Below, piece after piece: positions 14,785-24,465 of a stretch of 64,000 nt of DNA (positions are counted from its first letter, which is position 1; each line of letters opens with the position of its first letter). The position numbers and the translations under genes are program-made. A model generated the notes under the pieces. The model made no database searches, was not told the DNA's origin, and saw nothing but the letters and a program-made list of their open reading frames with translations. The stretch is from Clostridia bacterium (GTDB lineage: Bacteria > Bacillota > Clostridia > Oscillospirales > CAG-272): contig JAFTLE010000001.1 of NCBI GenBank assembly GCA_017452895.1, forward strand, positions 17,428 to 81,427, written 5' to 3'.

Positions 14785-16154
14785 CAGCGATCCTCCAGAA
14801 TATCCGAAAGCTCGTTCAAAATAGTCTCACGCGAGACGACGAGAACGAAGTCGCCCTCTCTGATCTCATCTACGCCGTGCGGCACGATCGCCTGCCCGTC
14901 GCGGACAAGACAGCCGATCAGAATATTCTTTTTCAGCTTAAGATCGCGCAGCGGAATGCCGAGAAGCCCGTCCATTCCCGCAACGGCACGGAATTCCGAT
15001 ACCTCAACACGTCCGTCGGCAAGCTTATAGAGCGAAAGCACGTTCCCCTCGGGAGAGCGCGCCGCCATTGCACGCACGTAGCGACAGATATCGTTGCCCG
15101 TAACCACCTTCGGCGAAATAATGGTCTCAAGACTCTCGTCCTTTACGAGAGAGGCGATATTTTCGTTGTTGATCTTCGCGATCACCTTGGGCACATTGTG
15201 CTTTCCTGCGTAGATCGCGGAAAGAATATTGCCCTCGTCAAGCCCTGTCAGTGCAACGAAGGCATCGGTGCGGTTCAGCCCTTCCTCTGAGAGCAGCTCG
15301 TAGTCCGCAGCATCTCCCTGCAGAATGACGGCACGGGGTAGCTTTTCGGCAAGCTCCTCCGCCACCTCCACGTCACGCTCGACGATCTTGACCTTGACAC
15401 CCTTACGCAAAAGCTCCTCAGCAAGATAATAGGAAACGCGGCCACCGCCCGCAATGATCACATTTTCGACGCGGTGCGCGAGCAGACCGATCCGCTTCAG
15501 GATCGTCTCAATCTCCTTCGGCGAGCCCGCAAGGTACAGAAGATCGCCCGCGAGCGGTACGAAATCACCGCCCGGGATCACGATCTCACCGTTGCGCTCT
15601 ACGGCGCAGACCAGCGCGGTCACGTCAAGCTTTTGAGAAAATTCCGAGAGCTTCAGTCCGTCACAAAGAATATTTCCGCTCGGCAATCGGATCGAGATCA
15701 ACTCGACACGGCCGCCCGCAAAAAGCTCTACGTGCGTTGCCGAGGGCAGACGCAGAATGCGCGCGATCTCCTCTGCCGCCGCCTTCTCGGGATTGACGGT
15801 CATGGAAAGACCGAGATCCTCACGCAGAACATACAGATGATCGTCGTACTCGGGGTCGCGCACGCGCGCGATCGTATGCTCTACGCCAAGCTTATGTGCA
15901 GCAAGGCAAGCAAGCATATTGACCTCATCGGTCTCAGCCAGCGCGATCAGAAGGTCGCTGTTTTCAACGCCCGCCGACCGCAGGACCGAATAGGAGGCAC
16001 CGTTGCCCACGTATCCGATCACGTCCAGCGTGTTACTGAGCTGAGAAATGACGTCCTCTTCTTTATCTACAACGGTAATTTCGTGTCCCTCTGCCTGCAG
16101 CTGCCGCGCAACAGATTCACCGAGCTTACCGCCGCCAACGATGGTAATTTGCAT
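14784..16154 (-). CDS. trkA: Trk system potassium uptake protein TrkA (double RCK)
   Basis: 456 aa, with two Rossmann motifs (IVGGGKLG, IAGGGRVS). The stop overlaps the trkH start. Confidence 0.9.
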   Translation of the reverse strand: MQITIVGGGKLGESVARQLQAEGHEITVVDKEEDVISQLSNTLDVIGYVGNGASYSVLRSAGVENSDLLIALAETDEVNMLACLAAHKLGVEHTIARVRDPEYDDHLYVLREDLGLSMTVNPEKAAAEEIARILRLPSATHVELFAGGRVELISIRLPSGNILCDGLKLSEFSQKLDVTALVCAVERNGEIVIPGGDFVPLAGDLLYLAGSPKEIETILKRIGLLAHRVENVIIAGGGRVSYYLAEELLRKGVKVKIVERDVEVAEELAEKLPRAVILQGDAADYELLSEEGLNRTDAFVALTGLDEGNILSAIYAGKHNVPKVIAKINNENIASLVKDESLETIISPKVVTGNDICRYVRAMAARSPEGNVLSLYKLADGRVEVSEFRAVAGMDGLLGIPLRDLKLKKNILIGCLVRDGQAIVPHGVDEIREGDFVLVVSRETILNELSDILEDR

Positions 16155-16291
16155 AGCGCTCCTCCGCTTTAAAATCGTAGGTACAGTATACTACATTTTT
16201 TCTCCATTGTCAAGAAAGCAGAAGGAAAAACAGAAAACGTAAATCTTTATTTACAAAAGCTCCGCCGTGTGCTTGCACGGCGGAGCCCTTT

Positions 16292-19200
16292 TTATCTGTT
16301 TTGAATGGCGTCAATCGGACGCTTTCTTGCGATCTTCATAACGGGCAGGAAGGATCCGATGAAGGCGACGAGGATACCCACGCCGAGGATCAGCAGATAC
16401 TGTCTGATTCCGATATTGAGGATCGTGAGTGCGAAGCCGTACTCAGTGCGCAAGAAGCTGTTGATGAAGAAAACAGTCACGGTAGACACCACCGATGCCA
16501 ACACGAAGTTGATCAGCGTGATGATCATGCTCTCGTTGAAAAAGATGCCGAAGACATCGCTGCTTCTCGCACCCACCGCACGCAGAATACCGATCTCGCG
16601 CTTCTTGTAGTTGATGGATACCGAAATGAAGTTGTAGAGCATCAGTGCCGCAAAGACGGCGAAGAAAAGACCGACGTAGAGGAATACCTGCGACAGCACC
16701 TCGATGATCTCGTTGACGTTGTCGAGGTAGAAGCTTGCCTCGTTCTGCAGCATATACAGCTCGCTCTGTTCGTTCGGCGTATAGTTGTATTCGACGAGGT
16801 CGTAGATGTCCGAACGTCCGCTCGGCATCGTTCCGAGTGCGAGCCCCCAGACGGCGTCACTGCCCGCGGTCAGATATCCGTAGAGCTCGTCGGAGACGAT
16901 CACAGCCGCGTTTCCCGACTCGCTGAAGCTCGGCAGATGCCAGGTTTCGCCGCCGTCGTGGCTGTATGCGTTTTCGACACCCGGCAGATAGTAGCCGACG
17001 ACCTTGTAGCTCTTATCCTCGTCAGAGCTCTGATGGGTATTCTCGTTGTAGTAGGAGAGCTCGCCCGAGGGGGCAATGTCGCCGCCCTTGATACCCTCTC
17101 GTTGGAAGACCTCGAGGATCACGGCGTGCATCAGCTCAAAGCCGCTCTTGTCGCCGTATTTGTTTTCTCTGTAGCCTTCGTTCCCGAGGTACATATTGTA
17201 ATACTCGCGCTTTTGATTCTCATCCACGGTTACTCCGCCGTACCACTCACTCACTACCTGCTCAAACTCCGCGGAGGTCGGCAGCGGCTGCTTGGCAAAG
17301 ACGTAGGACTGAAGATCCCACGTGAGCGTGGAGATCGATGCCTCCGAATTGGTGTACCCGTAGGTTGCTTGCAGATGCTCGAACGTGCTCTTTGAGATGA
17401 TCGCGTCAAACGCACTGCCGTACTCATCCCATCTGTTGGCGTAGGGAACGATGATCTCACCGTAGGCAAGCGTCGTTTTCGCACCGTCGACCCACTGAAT
17501 GATCCCCTTATCGGTAAGCTCGGAGAGCTTTGCCACGCGGTTCGTGGAGGTTCCCCTGTTACCGCTGTAGAAATGGAGCCACGAATTCTGCAGACCGACG
17601 CCGAGCTGATAGAGCGTACCGCCGGCAGCCTTGCTATCAATCAGACTCTCCAGCGCGCCGTCGTTGATGATGCAAAGGCTGTGGATGCTATACAGAAGCC
17701 GCTGTCTCATCTCGGAATACTTGATGTAATCCATCACCTCGTTGCCGCCGCCCTGAGAGCCCCCGTCGCTGTTCGGCTTAAAGCTATCGTATGCCGAGGA
17801 ATCGAAGTTCGTCTCCATCACGCCGACGATCTTCAGCCGGAAGGAACCGCCCTGATTGTTGTCGAAGGAGATCATCTTACCGATAACGCTGTCGGGCCCC
17901 GTGATATCATCTGCCTTCAGGGTCACGTCACCCTCCGTCTGATCGAAGTAGCGCAGACCCGCAAGCTTGAAATGCTCGTAGACGTACATCGGGATCACGA
18001 CCTCGTCGTCAGCCGCAGGCATTCTGCCCGCGACGAGCGAGCCGCCGAGCGCCTCCATCGTATCACGCCCGATCTCGGCAAAGCCGACCGTGGTCGCCAT
18101 ATAGTAGGACGAGCCGTTTTGCGTGTTGAGCGCGCTCGAATCGTAAATACTCTGGTTGAAGCGTAATCCGTCCTCCCATGAGCTGGAGCCCGTGTAAACG
18201 GGAACGACGGCAACGCCCGTGTCGCGAAGGATGGTCGCAACGTCGGCATCGTTCATCTTGACTGCCATATTGTAGCCGTACTCGTCCTGAATATGCTTTT
18301 TGAAGACCGCGGAACGAATATCTCCGTCGATGATCGACTGCGTGAAGGTATCGTACTTATCGTACGAGCCGACCGTATCGGCAAGTCCGAACAGTGCGAA
18401 GGAAACCAGACACAAAAAGACGGTAAACATCAGGCGCACGGGCTTACTCTTCAAGGAGGAGGCGCCGATCTTCAAAGAGTTCTTGAAGGGCAGACGCGAG
18501 CGGATCAGCTTACTGTCCGCCGCCGTGTAGCTCTTTAGCTTGACGTCCTCGTCCTTCGTGTCGAGGAAGGCGTCCTTGTCACCCTCGTCGTTGATCTTGA
18601 TCGCCTTGCGGATCTCGCCGTTTTTCTCGCTGTCCATCGAGATCAGCGTGTCACTGTCCGCCTTTTCAATATAGGAATTGATGCGTGCGAGATCCTCCTC
18701 GGTCAGACGGTAGCCCTTCTTGATATGGATGACCTTATCCTCAATGACGCTGATGCCCTCGCTCACACGGTCTGCGGCAACAGAAGTCTTGCTGACGTCG
18801 GAGATGACCTGCCCGTCCTTCAGCTCGATGATGCGGTCGGCGTAAAGCTCGGCAAAGTCGCGGTCGTGCGAAACGATCAGCACGAGCTTCTCACGGCTGA
18901 GCTTTTTAAGCGTGTCGAATACCTGCTTACCCGTGTTCGAGTCAAGCGCGCCCGTCGGCTCATCCGCCATGATCATCTGCGGCTCCTTGATCAGCGCACG
19001 CGCGATGGCGACCCTCTGCTTCTGACCGCCCGAGAGCTCGTTCGGCTTGCGGTTGCCGTAGCCCGTCAGATCGACCTCCTCGAGGATCCGGTTGAGTGCC
19101 TCATTCGTCGCCTTTTTCCCCTGCAGCTCCATTGCGAGGGCAATGTTTGCGCCCACGCTGAATTCCTGCAGAATGTTATACTCCTGGAAAATGAAGCCGA

Positions 19201-19456
19201 TAAAGGTATTGCGGTAGCTGTCAAAATCCGACTGCGAGAAGCTCTTGCTGGATTTCCCCTTAATAATGATCTCTCCCGAATCGGCGCGGTCAAGGCCGCC
19301 GAGCACGTTGAGCAGCGTCGACTTACCGCTTCCCGACTTACCGAGGATAAAGACCATTCCCCTGTCCTCAAATTTCAGGCTGACGTTGTCAAGTGCCTTG
19401 ACGGGAACGCCCTTTTTGGGGCGGTAGGTCTTACATACGTTTTTAATTTCGATCAT
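16292..19456 (-). CDS. Fused ABC transporter ATP-binding protein/permease (MacB/FtsX-type) with a very large extracytoplasmic domain
   Basis: 1054 aa. It has Walker A GKSGSGKST, the signature LSGGQKQRVAIARAL, Walker B MIMADEPT, one TM near residue ~340 and an FtsX-like three-TM C-terminus. Confidence 0.85.
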   Translation of the reverse strand: MIEIKNVCKTYRPKKGVPVKALDNVSLKFEDRGMVFILGKSGSGKSTLLNVLGGLDRADSGEIIIKGKSSKSFSQSDFDSYRNTFIGFIFQEYNILQEFSVGANIALAMELQGKKATNEALNRILEEVDLTGYGNRKPNELSGGQKQRVAIARALIKEPQMIMADEPTGALDSNTGKQVFDTLKKLSREKLVLIVSHDRDFAELYADRIIELKDGQVISDVSKTSVAADRVSEGISVIEDKVIHIKKGYRLTEEDLARINSYIEKADSDTLISMDSEKNGEIRKAIKINDEGDKDAFLDTKDEDVKLKSYTAADSKLIRSRLPFKNSLKIGASSLKSKPVRLMFTVFLCLVSFALFGLADTVGSYDKYDTFTQSIIDGDIRSAVFKKHIQDEYGYNMAVKMNDADVATILRDTGVAVVPVYTGSSSWEDGLRFNQSIYDSSALNTQNGSSYYMATTVGFAEIGRDTMEALGGSLVAGRMPAADDEVVIPMYVYEHFKLAGLRYFDQTEGDVTLKADDITGPDSVIGKMISFDNNQGGSFRLKIVGVMETNFDSSAYDSFKPNSDGGSQGGGNEVMDYIKYSEMRQRLLYSIHSLCIINDGALESLIDSKAAGGTLYQLGVGLQNSWLHFYSGNRGTSTNRVAKLSELTDKGIIQWVDGAKTTLAYGEIIVPYANRWDEYGSAFDAIISKSTFEHLQATYGYTNSEASISTLTWDLQSYVFAKQPLPTSAEFEQVVSEWYGGVTVDENQKREYYNMYLGNEGYRENKYGDKSGFELMHAVILEVFQREGIKGGDIAPSGELSYYNENTHQSSDEDKSYKVVGYYLPGVENAYSHDGGETWHLPSFSESGNAAVIVSDELYGYLTAGSDAVWGLALGTMPSGRSDIYDLVEYNYTPNEQSELYMLQNEASFYLDNVNEIIEVLSQVFLYVGLFFAVFAALMLYNFISVSINYKKREIGILRAVGARSSDVFGIFFNESMIITLINFVLASVVSTVTVFFINSFLRTEYGFALTILNIGIRQYLLILGVGILVAFIGSFLPVMKIARKRPIDAIQNR

Positions 19457-19465
19457 ACGATTCTC

Positions 19466-19507
19466 CTTTTTTCAAAAAGCGCGTCTGCTTTCTATTCACA
19501 GACGCGC
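19466..19507 (-). terminator. Rho-independent terminator after asd
   Basis: gcgcgtctg-N11-cagacgcgc, followed on the minus strand by tttttg. Confidence 0.65.
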
Positions 19508-19517
19508 CCTTGTTGCA

Positions 19518-20603
19518 TTATTTTTTTACGATATAGCCCTCTCTGTAAAGGAGCTCTGCGATCAGAACGGCACCGCCTGCCGCACCGCGCAGGGTGTTGT
19601 GGGAAAGACCGACGAACTTGTAGTCGTACACGCTATCCTCACGCAGACGTCCCGCACTGACCCCCATACCGCCGTAAAGGTTGCGGTCAAGGTTTGCCTG
19701 CGGACGGTTATCCTCTTCAAAATAAGTAATGAACTGCTCGGGTGCCGAGGGAAGCTTCAGCTCCTGCGGCCGTCCCTTATAATTCTTCCACGCCTCAAGG
19801 ATCTGTTCCTTGGTGGGCTTGTTCTCAAAGGTTACGAAAACCGCCGCGGTGTGGCCGTCGCTGACAGGCACACGGATGCACTGCGTCGTGATGATGGGAC
19901 CGTCAGCCTTGACGATCTCGCCGTTTTCGATCTTACCCCAGATGCGGAGCGGCTCCTGCTCGCTCTTCTCCTCCTCGCCGCCGATGTAGGGGATGACATT
20001 GTCGATCATCTCGGGCCACTCGCGGAAGGTCTTACCCGCACCGCTGATCGCCTGATAGGTGGTGGCGACGACGGTCTTCGGCTTATACTGCATCAGCGCG
20101 GAAAGCATCGGCACGTAGCTCTGGATCGAGCAGTTCGGCTTGACGGCGATGAATCCGATCTTGGTGCCGAGACGGCGGCGCTGTGCCTCAATGACCTTGA
20201 TGTGGTCGTTGTTGATCTCGGGAATGACCATCGGCACATCGGGCGTCCAGCGGTTGGCGGAGTTGTTTGAAACGACGGGGATCTCCGCCTTTGCGTAACG
20301 CTCCTCCAGCGCGCGGATCTCGTCCTTCTTCATATCAACGGCGCAGAACACGAAGTCGACGAGCGTTGCGATCTTCTCTACCTCCTCCGAGGAGAGAACG
20401 ACCATATCCTTGACAAGCGACGGCATCGGTGCCGCGAGCTTCCAGCGGTCTCCGACCGCCTCGGCATAGGTCTTGCCCGCAGAACGGGGACTTGCGATCA
20501 GCGCATGAATTTCAAAATAAGGGTGATTTTCCAGAAGAGTAATGAAGCGCTGGCCGACCATACCGGTCGCGCCGACGATACCCACTCTCAGTTTTTCTGA
20601 CAT
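19518..20603 (-). CDS. asd: Aspartate-semialdehyde dehydrogenase
   Basis: Trimmed to MSEKLRVGIVGATGMVGQRF.. (GAGGTAA RBS). ..KPNCSIQ.. contains the active-site Cys, and ..SHNTLRGAAG.. is near the C-terminus. Confidence 0.9.
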   Translation of the reverse strand: MSEKLRVGIVGATGMVGQRFITLLENHPYFEIHALIASPRSAGKTYAEAVGDRWKLAAPMPSLVKDMVVLSSEEVEKIATLVDFVFCAVDMKKDEIRALEERYAKAEIPVVSNNSANRWTPDVPMVIPEINNDHIKVIEAQRRRLGTKIGFIAVKPNCSIQSYVPMLSALMQYKPKTVVATTYQAISGAGKTFREWPEMIDNVIPYIGGEEEKSEQEPLRIWGKIENGEIVKADGPIITTQCIRVPVSDGHTAAVFVTFENKPTKEQILEAWKNYKGRPQELKLPSAPEQFITYFEEDNRPQANLDRNLYGGMGVSAGRLREDSVYDYKFVGLSHNTLRGAAGGAVLIAELLYREGYIVKK

Positions 20604-20674
20604 AACGGTTACCTCGCTTTTTATCGAATACATTGTTTGTTGTTATTTTAGCACACATAAGGCACTCTGTCAAG

Positions 20675-20706
20675 CAAAAAAGGGACGGTTACGTCCCTTT
20701 TTTCTT
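20675..20706. terminator. Rho-independent terminator after spoIIIAH
   Basis: aaaaaagggacg-gtta-cgtcccttttttc. Confidence 0.75.
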
Positions 20707-21275
20707 TATTTCTGTATTACGTTGACGTTTGCGGGCAAAATTCCCGTTTCGTTATAGACGATCTCATAGATCTGCGCGACCTGAGACGCTACGAGCGGAT
20801 CTGCCTGCTTGACGATCACGCTGACCGAATCCCCGCTGATCACGGCGATGCAGTCCTCAAAGCCCTTCGCGCTCACCAGTGCCTCGATGTTCGCCTCGTT
20901 TTGAATGGCAAGGGCGATCTTCGAGATCTCCTCCAGCGCGTCGCTCTTCGCGGTATCCTCCGCATCCTCACTGGTCACGACCGACTGCAGGACCTCGAGC
21001 GCCTCGTCGCGCGCATTCTGGCGGGAGAGCGCGGCAGAGGTGAAATAGCTGTCCTCCGTGCTGACCTTGTCGTCGCTTGGCGCATTGTTACCGCTGGTGT
21101 AGTTGTCGTCCATATTGTTGTCGCCGTAGCCGATGTTTGAAACGGGATCGTAGAACCATAAGTAATTGAGGTACACCGCCACGCCGATCAGGAGCACTGC
21201 GGACACGATGATCCAATTTCTGCGACCGAATTTTGCAAGAGCGCCGGTCTTTCCAAAAAGCTTTACTTTCGTCAT
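20706..21275 (-). CDS. spoIIIAH: Stage III sporulation protein AH
   Basis: Trimmed to MTKVKLFGK.. (GGAGGA RBS). It has an N-terminal TM and a C-terminal YscJ/FliF-like domain ..FEDCIAVISGDSVSVIV... It is last in the spoIIIA operon order. Confidence 0.8.
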   Translation of the reverse strand: MTKVKLFGKTGALAKFGRRNWIIVSAVLLIGVAVYLNYLWFYDPVSNIGYGDNNMDDNYTSGNNAPSDDKVSTEDSYFTSAALSRQNARDEALEVLQSVVTSEDAEDTAKSDALEEISKIALAIQNEANIEALVSAKGFEDCIAVISGDSVSVIVKQADPLVASQVAQIYEIVYNETGILPANVNVIQK

Positions 21276-21334
21276 AATATCCTCCACTAAAATTCTGTGT
21301 TTCATATATACGCACACGCAATGCGGATTATTCC

Positions 21335-21820
21335 TTATTTTAACGGTGAGACCGCAATATGATGACTCGGAATATCGAGCGCTGTGGAAAGCAGAAGGAC
21401 GAGCGATGCCCGCACCTCGGCATCGTTTGCTCCGTCGCACAGCACGGCAACCCCTGCGACCTTCGGCATTCTGACCGACAAAAGCAGTGCGTCACCTCCC
21501 ACCGTCGCGTAATTTTTGCCGCTTGCACTCTCGTTTTCCGCATACACGTATTCCTCACACGCGGCAAGCGTGAGAAATACGCGCACCCTTCCCACGCCCT
21601 TGACCTCGCCGAGGAGCGACGCAAGCTCTCCCTGTAGCTCCGTTCGATATTTCTCCGCCGCATCCGCATCCCGCATCGCCACACTCTCACTCTTTTTTTG
21701 CGTGACCGTGCTTCCGTAAACGAGGCACACGATCGCCAGCACCAAAAGCAGAAGCAATGCCCACTTTCCCTTCAGTCCCGCGAGTCGCTTGAAGATCAGA
21801 TTTCCCTTATTCATTTGCAT
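21335..21820 (-). CDS. spoIIIAG: Stage III sporulation protein AG
   Basis: Trimmed to MQMNKGNLIF.., with ..VKGVGRVRVFLTL.. and ..KVAGVAVLCDGA... Operon position supports the call. Confidence 0.8.
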   Translation of the reverse strand: MQMNKGNLIFKRLAGLKGKWALLLLLVLAIVCLVYGSTVTQKKSESVAMRDADAAEKYRTELQGELASLLGEVKGVGRVRVFLTLAACEEYVYAENESASGKNYATVGGDALLLSVRMPKVAGVAVLCDGANDAEVRASLVLLLSTALDIPSHHIAVSPLK

Positions 21821-22277
21821 ACGGTATGACCTCACAGTTTTTACAGTAGTTGTTTTGAAGATAGCGCAAGATCCCCGACAGATCTGCGTGCGACGCATTG
21901 TTATGTAAATATAGCTTTACATTTTCGATGCTTGGCGTATCGTTTTCTCCGACAAGCGTGACCTGCACGCGAAGATCGGCGGGATCGAGCGAAAAGCGCT
22001 CTGCGACTGACAGCGCGATCGCCTCGGCAAGTGCCTTCTCCTTTTGCCCCTCAAGCCACGCGTTCTCCTCCTCGGCATCCTCCGAAAGGGCGGGCGGGAG
22101 CTCAAGCCCCGACAGATAGGACGGCAGTGCCGAAAGCGGTGAAAAGACCGCCGCGGCAAGCAAGAGTCCGAGGACGAACTCAAGCGTCCTGCCGAGCGAT
22201 TTGCTCTCGGGCAGGAGCGCAGACGTTGCGAATACGAGTGCCGCCGTCCCCACGGCGGTCAGAAAATACCCCTGCAT
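21807..22277 (-). CDS. spoIIIAF: Stage III sporulation protein AF
   Basis: Trimmed to MQGYFLTAVG.. (156 aa, two N-terminal TMs). The ATG overlaps the spoIIIAE stop. The 430-aa track ORF extension is Arg-rich, out-of-context sequence. Confidence 0.7.
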   Translation of the reverse strand: MQGYFLTAVGTAALVFATSALLPESKSLGRTLEFVLGLLLAAAVFSPLSALPSYLSGLELPPALSEDAEEENAWLEGQKEKALAEAIALSVAERFSLDPADLRVQVTLVGENDTPSIENVKLYLHNNASHADLSGILRYLQNNYCKNCEVIPYANE

Positions 22278-23389
22278 CACGCAAACGCCACGGCGCTTTT
22301 TGCAAGAAGCGTCACGAGAAAGAGAAAGAGAATCGAGAGGATCGCAACGGTCGCCATCAAAAGATCGAACAGCGCACGAAATTCCTTCATCTGTCGGGTG
22401 ATCTCGGCACACCCGAGCATCCCCGCAAGACTGCCGCACAGAGAAAAGCACATCCGCAGATACCAAAGCGAGATCAGCTGCGGCAGAGTCAGCACGAGGA
22501 CGGTCACGACCGCCCCGATCCCGACGGTGCTTTTGATGACCGAGACCGATGCCGCCGCCGTGCCGAGTGTTGCGCTGACCGTCCCCCCGACGACGGGCAC
22601 GAGATTGCCGAGGGCAAACTTCGCCGTCCTCGCGGCAAGCGTGTCCGCTGAGGAGGCAAGCATCCCCTGCAGTCCGAGCGATGCGCCAAGCAGGGTGCAT
22701 AACAGCGAGAGCAGCGTCAGATAGACCGTCCGCACGAAGGAGAAAAGCCCCTCCGTCAGATTCCGTTTGCCGAAGCAGCCGACGAGCGTGAGCGCGAACA
22801 AAACGGCGATCAGCTGCATCAGAAAGCCCGATGCGATCTCCTCTGCAACGAACAAAAACGCCGAAAAGGCAGTCGCACCCGCTGTGGCGGTGCCCGTGTT
22901 GCCGCCAAAGAGCAAGAGTCCGCCGAGAATGGGCGCGATCCCGCGTGAAAAGCTCGACAGATCGGCGCACCAGCCGATCGCGCCCGAAAGACTGCCGTAA
23001 AAGATGCCGAAAAAGGCAAGCGCACCGAACAGCCCCACGGCGCGCTCGCAGAGCTCTGCCGTTTTTTCGCTGTTCATCCCGCGGGAGAAAAGACTGCACA
23101 AGACGGATAGAAGCGTTACACCGACAATGCGCAATATCTGTCCACCCATCGCGGCGAAGCCGTCCTTTGCCGCCGTGACAAGGTAGGATAAAAGCGACTC
23201 GACCCCGACAAGCTCGCCTGCCGTGCCGTCACAAGTCAGCTTGCCGTCAAGCACCGCGTAGGCGTCGGGCGGAAGGATCTCATAAAGCTCCTCTATGCTC
23301 TCCTCGGGTTCTTGTGCAGCCGATACGGGATTGCACACGCATGCCAGAAGCGCGCAGAGTACCGCGATCGCAAACAATAATTTTTTCAT
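22277..23389 (-). CDS. spoIIIAE: Stage III sporulation protein AE
   Basis: Trimmed to MKKLLFAIAVLCALL.. (signal peptide, 370 aa, polytopic). There is an ATGA overlap with spoIIIAD. Confidence 0.8.
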   Translation of the reverse strand: MKKLLFAIAVLCALLACVCNPVSAAQEPEESIEELYEILPPDAYAVLDGKLTCDGTAGELVGVESLLSYLVTAAKDGFAAMGGQILRIVGVTLLSVLCSLFSRGMNSEKTAELCERAVGLFGALAFFGIFYGSLSGAIGWCADLSSFSRGIAPILGGLLLFGGNTGTATAGATAFSAFLFVAEEIASGFLMQLIAVLFALTLVGCFGKRNLTEGLFSFVRTVYLTLLSLLCTLLGASLGLQGMLASSADTLAARTAKFALGNLVPVVGGTVSATLGTAAASVSVIKSTVGIGAVVTVLVLTLPQLISLWYLRMCFSLCGSLAGMLGCAEITRQMKEFRALFDLLMATVAILSILFLFLVTLLAKSAVAFA

Positions 23390-23775
23390 ATTCCCTCTAT
23401 CAGACCGAGCGCAAGCTCGGCAAGCTCCCAGAATTTTGGCAGACAAAGCAGAAGAATCTCGGCTTTTCCGCACCACTCTACCCTCGCACCGAGCGATGCC
23501 TCCCCAAGCTCGCGGCACACGTCCGCGGCAAGCGTCGTGAGGTACGCAACGGCAAGTATTTTGACAAGCAGGACCCCGAGCACCGACAATCCGCTTCGGT
23601 CGGCAAACGCCAAAAGCTCGCCGAGAAGACTTCCGTAGCGCAAAAGCACAAAAATAGCGGCCCCAAGCGTCCCGACCAGCGGTACGAGGTGCGAGAGCTT
23701 TCCCTGCCACTCCTTTAGAAGCGCTGCGCAAAGAGCGGTACAGACCGCCACACCGCAAAGCGAAAAAAGTGTCAA
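23386..23775 (-). CDS. spoIIIAD: Stage III sporulation protein AD
   Basis: 129-aa membrane protein with ..VKILAVAYLT..A.D.C.. and ..GKAEILLL... Operon position supports the call. Confidence 0.8.
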   Translation of the reverse strand: MTLFSLCGVAVCTALCAALLKEWQGKLSHLVPLVGTLGAAIFVLLRYGSLLGELLAFADRSGLSVLGVLLVKILAVAYLTTLAADVCRELGEASLGARVEWCGKAEILLLCLPKFWELAELALGLIEGI

Positions 23776-23966
23776 AACCCAAACACCGCCCGCACCGTGT
23801 CAAAGAGAACGCCGATCTGCTCAATCAGCATCAGAAGCACGATGATAATGCCCGAGAGCGAGACCAGCATCGCCTGCTCGTCTCGACCCGATTTGCTGAG
23901 GATCTGATACGCAACCGTCACGAGCATCCCCACCCCCGCGACCTTCAAAACGAGTCCTACGTCCAT
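23772..23966 (-). CDS. spoIIIAC: Stage III sporulation protein AC
   Basis: 64 aa, MDVGLVLKVAGVGMLVTVAYQIL..SGRDEQA.. matches SpoIIIAC. Confidence 0.85.
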   Translation of the reverse strand: MDVGLVLKVAGVGMLVTVAYQILSKSGRDEQAMLVSLSGIIIVLLMLIEQIGVLFDTVRAVFGF

Positions 23967-23985
23967 ATCTGTTCCTTCCTTTTGT

Positions 23986-24465
23986 TTATAAAAGCAAAAT
24001 GACCGCCGCCAGCCCGCCCGTCAGGATCAGCGAGCGATAGAGCTTACTCTTTTTCGGCAGCTCGTTTTTCTTTCTTTCGCATCCGCGCGCAAGCTCGGCG
24101 ATATAGGCATCGCAAAGCGCGAGCTGATCGGTGCGGTAGCTGTTTCCAAGCTCCTCTGCAAAAAAGAGGAGCATCCGCCGCTCGCCCTCCTCAAGATAGA
24201 CCTCACACGTGCCAAGTGCTGCGGCAAGTCCGTCCTGCCGCAGGACCCGAAGGAAGCCCGCATCCGATAGCGCGGGGTTTTCAAAGGATGCGTAAATCTC
24301 GGGCAAGGGGGTCGAAAAGCAAGAGATCTGCGTTCGGATATGCCGCAAAAGCAGCAGCATTCCCTCTCCCTGAAGCATTCGTCGCCGCAGGACCAGACCC
24401 GACTCCATCGCCGCGTAAAGGCTGATGCCAAAAAGGAGCAAAGCCCCCACCGCCTTCAAGAGCAT
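23986..24465 (-). CDS. spoIIIAB: Stage III sporulation protein AB
   Basis: 159 aa, with an N-terminal TM and GspF-like cytoplasmic domain features. Operon position supports the call. Confidence 0.75.
   Translation of the reverse strand: MLLKAVGALLLFGISLYAAMESGLVLRRRMLQGEGMLLLLRHIRTQISCFSTPLPEIYASFENPALSDAGFLRVLRQDGLAAALGTCEVYLEEGERRMLLFFAEELGNSYRTDQLALCDAYIAELARGCERKKNELPKKSKLYRSLILTGGLAAVILLL

Noticed and set aside
16155-16258. c-di-AMP (ydaO-type) riboswitch upstream of trkA
   Set aside because: The intergenic region is ~100 nt and mostly promoter/terminator sequence. It is too short and has no recognisable conserved pseudo-symmetric core.
22278-23824. Long N-terminal extensions of the spoIIIAF (to 23099) and spoIIIAE (to 23824) track ORFs
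   Set aside because: The extensions are Arg/Cys/Ala-rich and overlap the real upstream genes in other frames. Genuine starts with signal/TM sequences and ATGA/TGATG coupling sit at 22277 and 23389.
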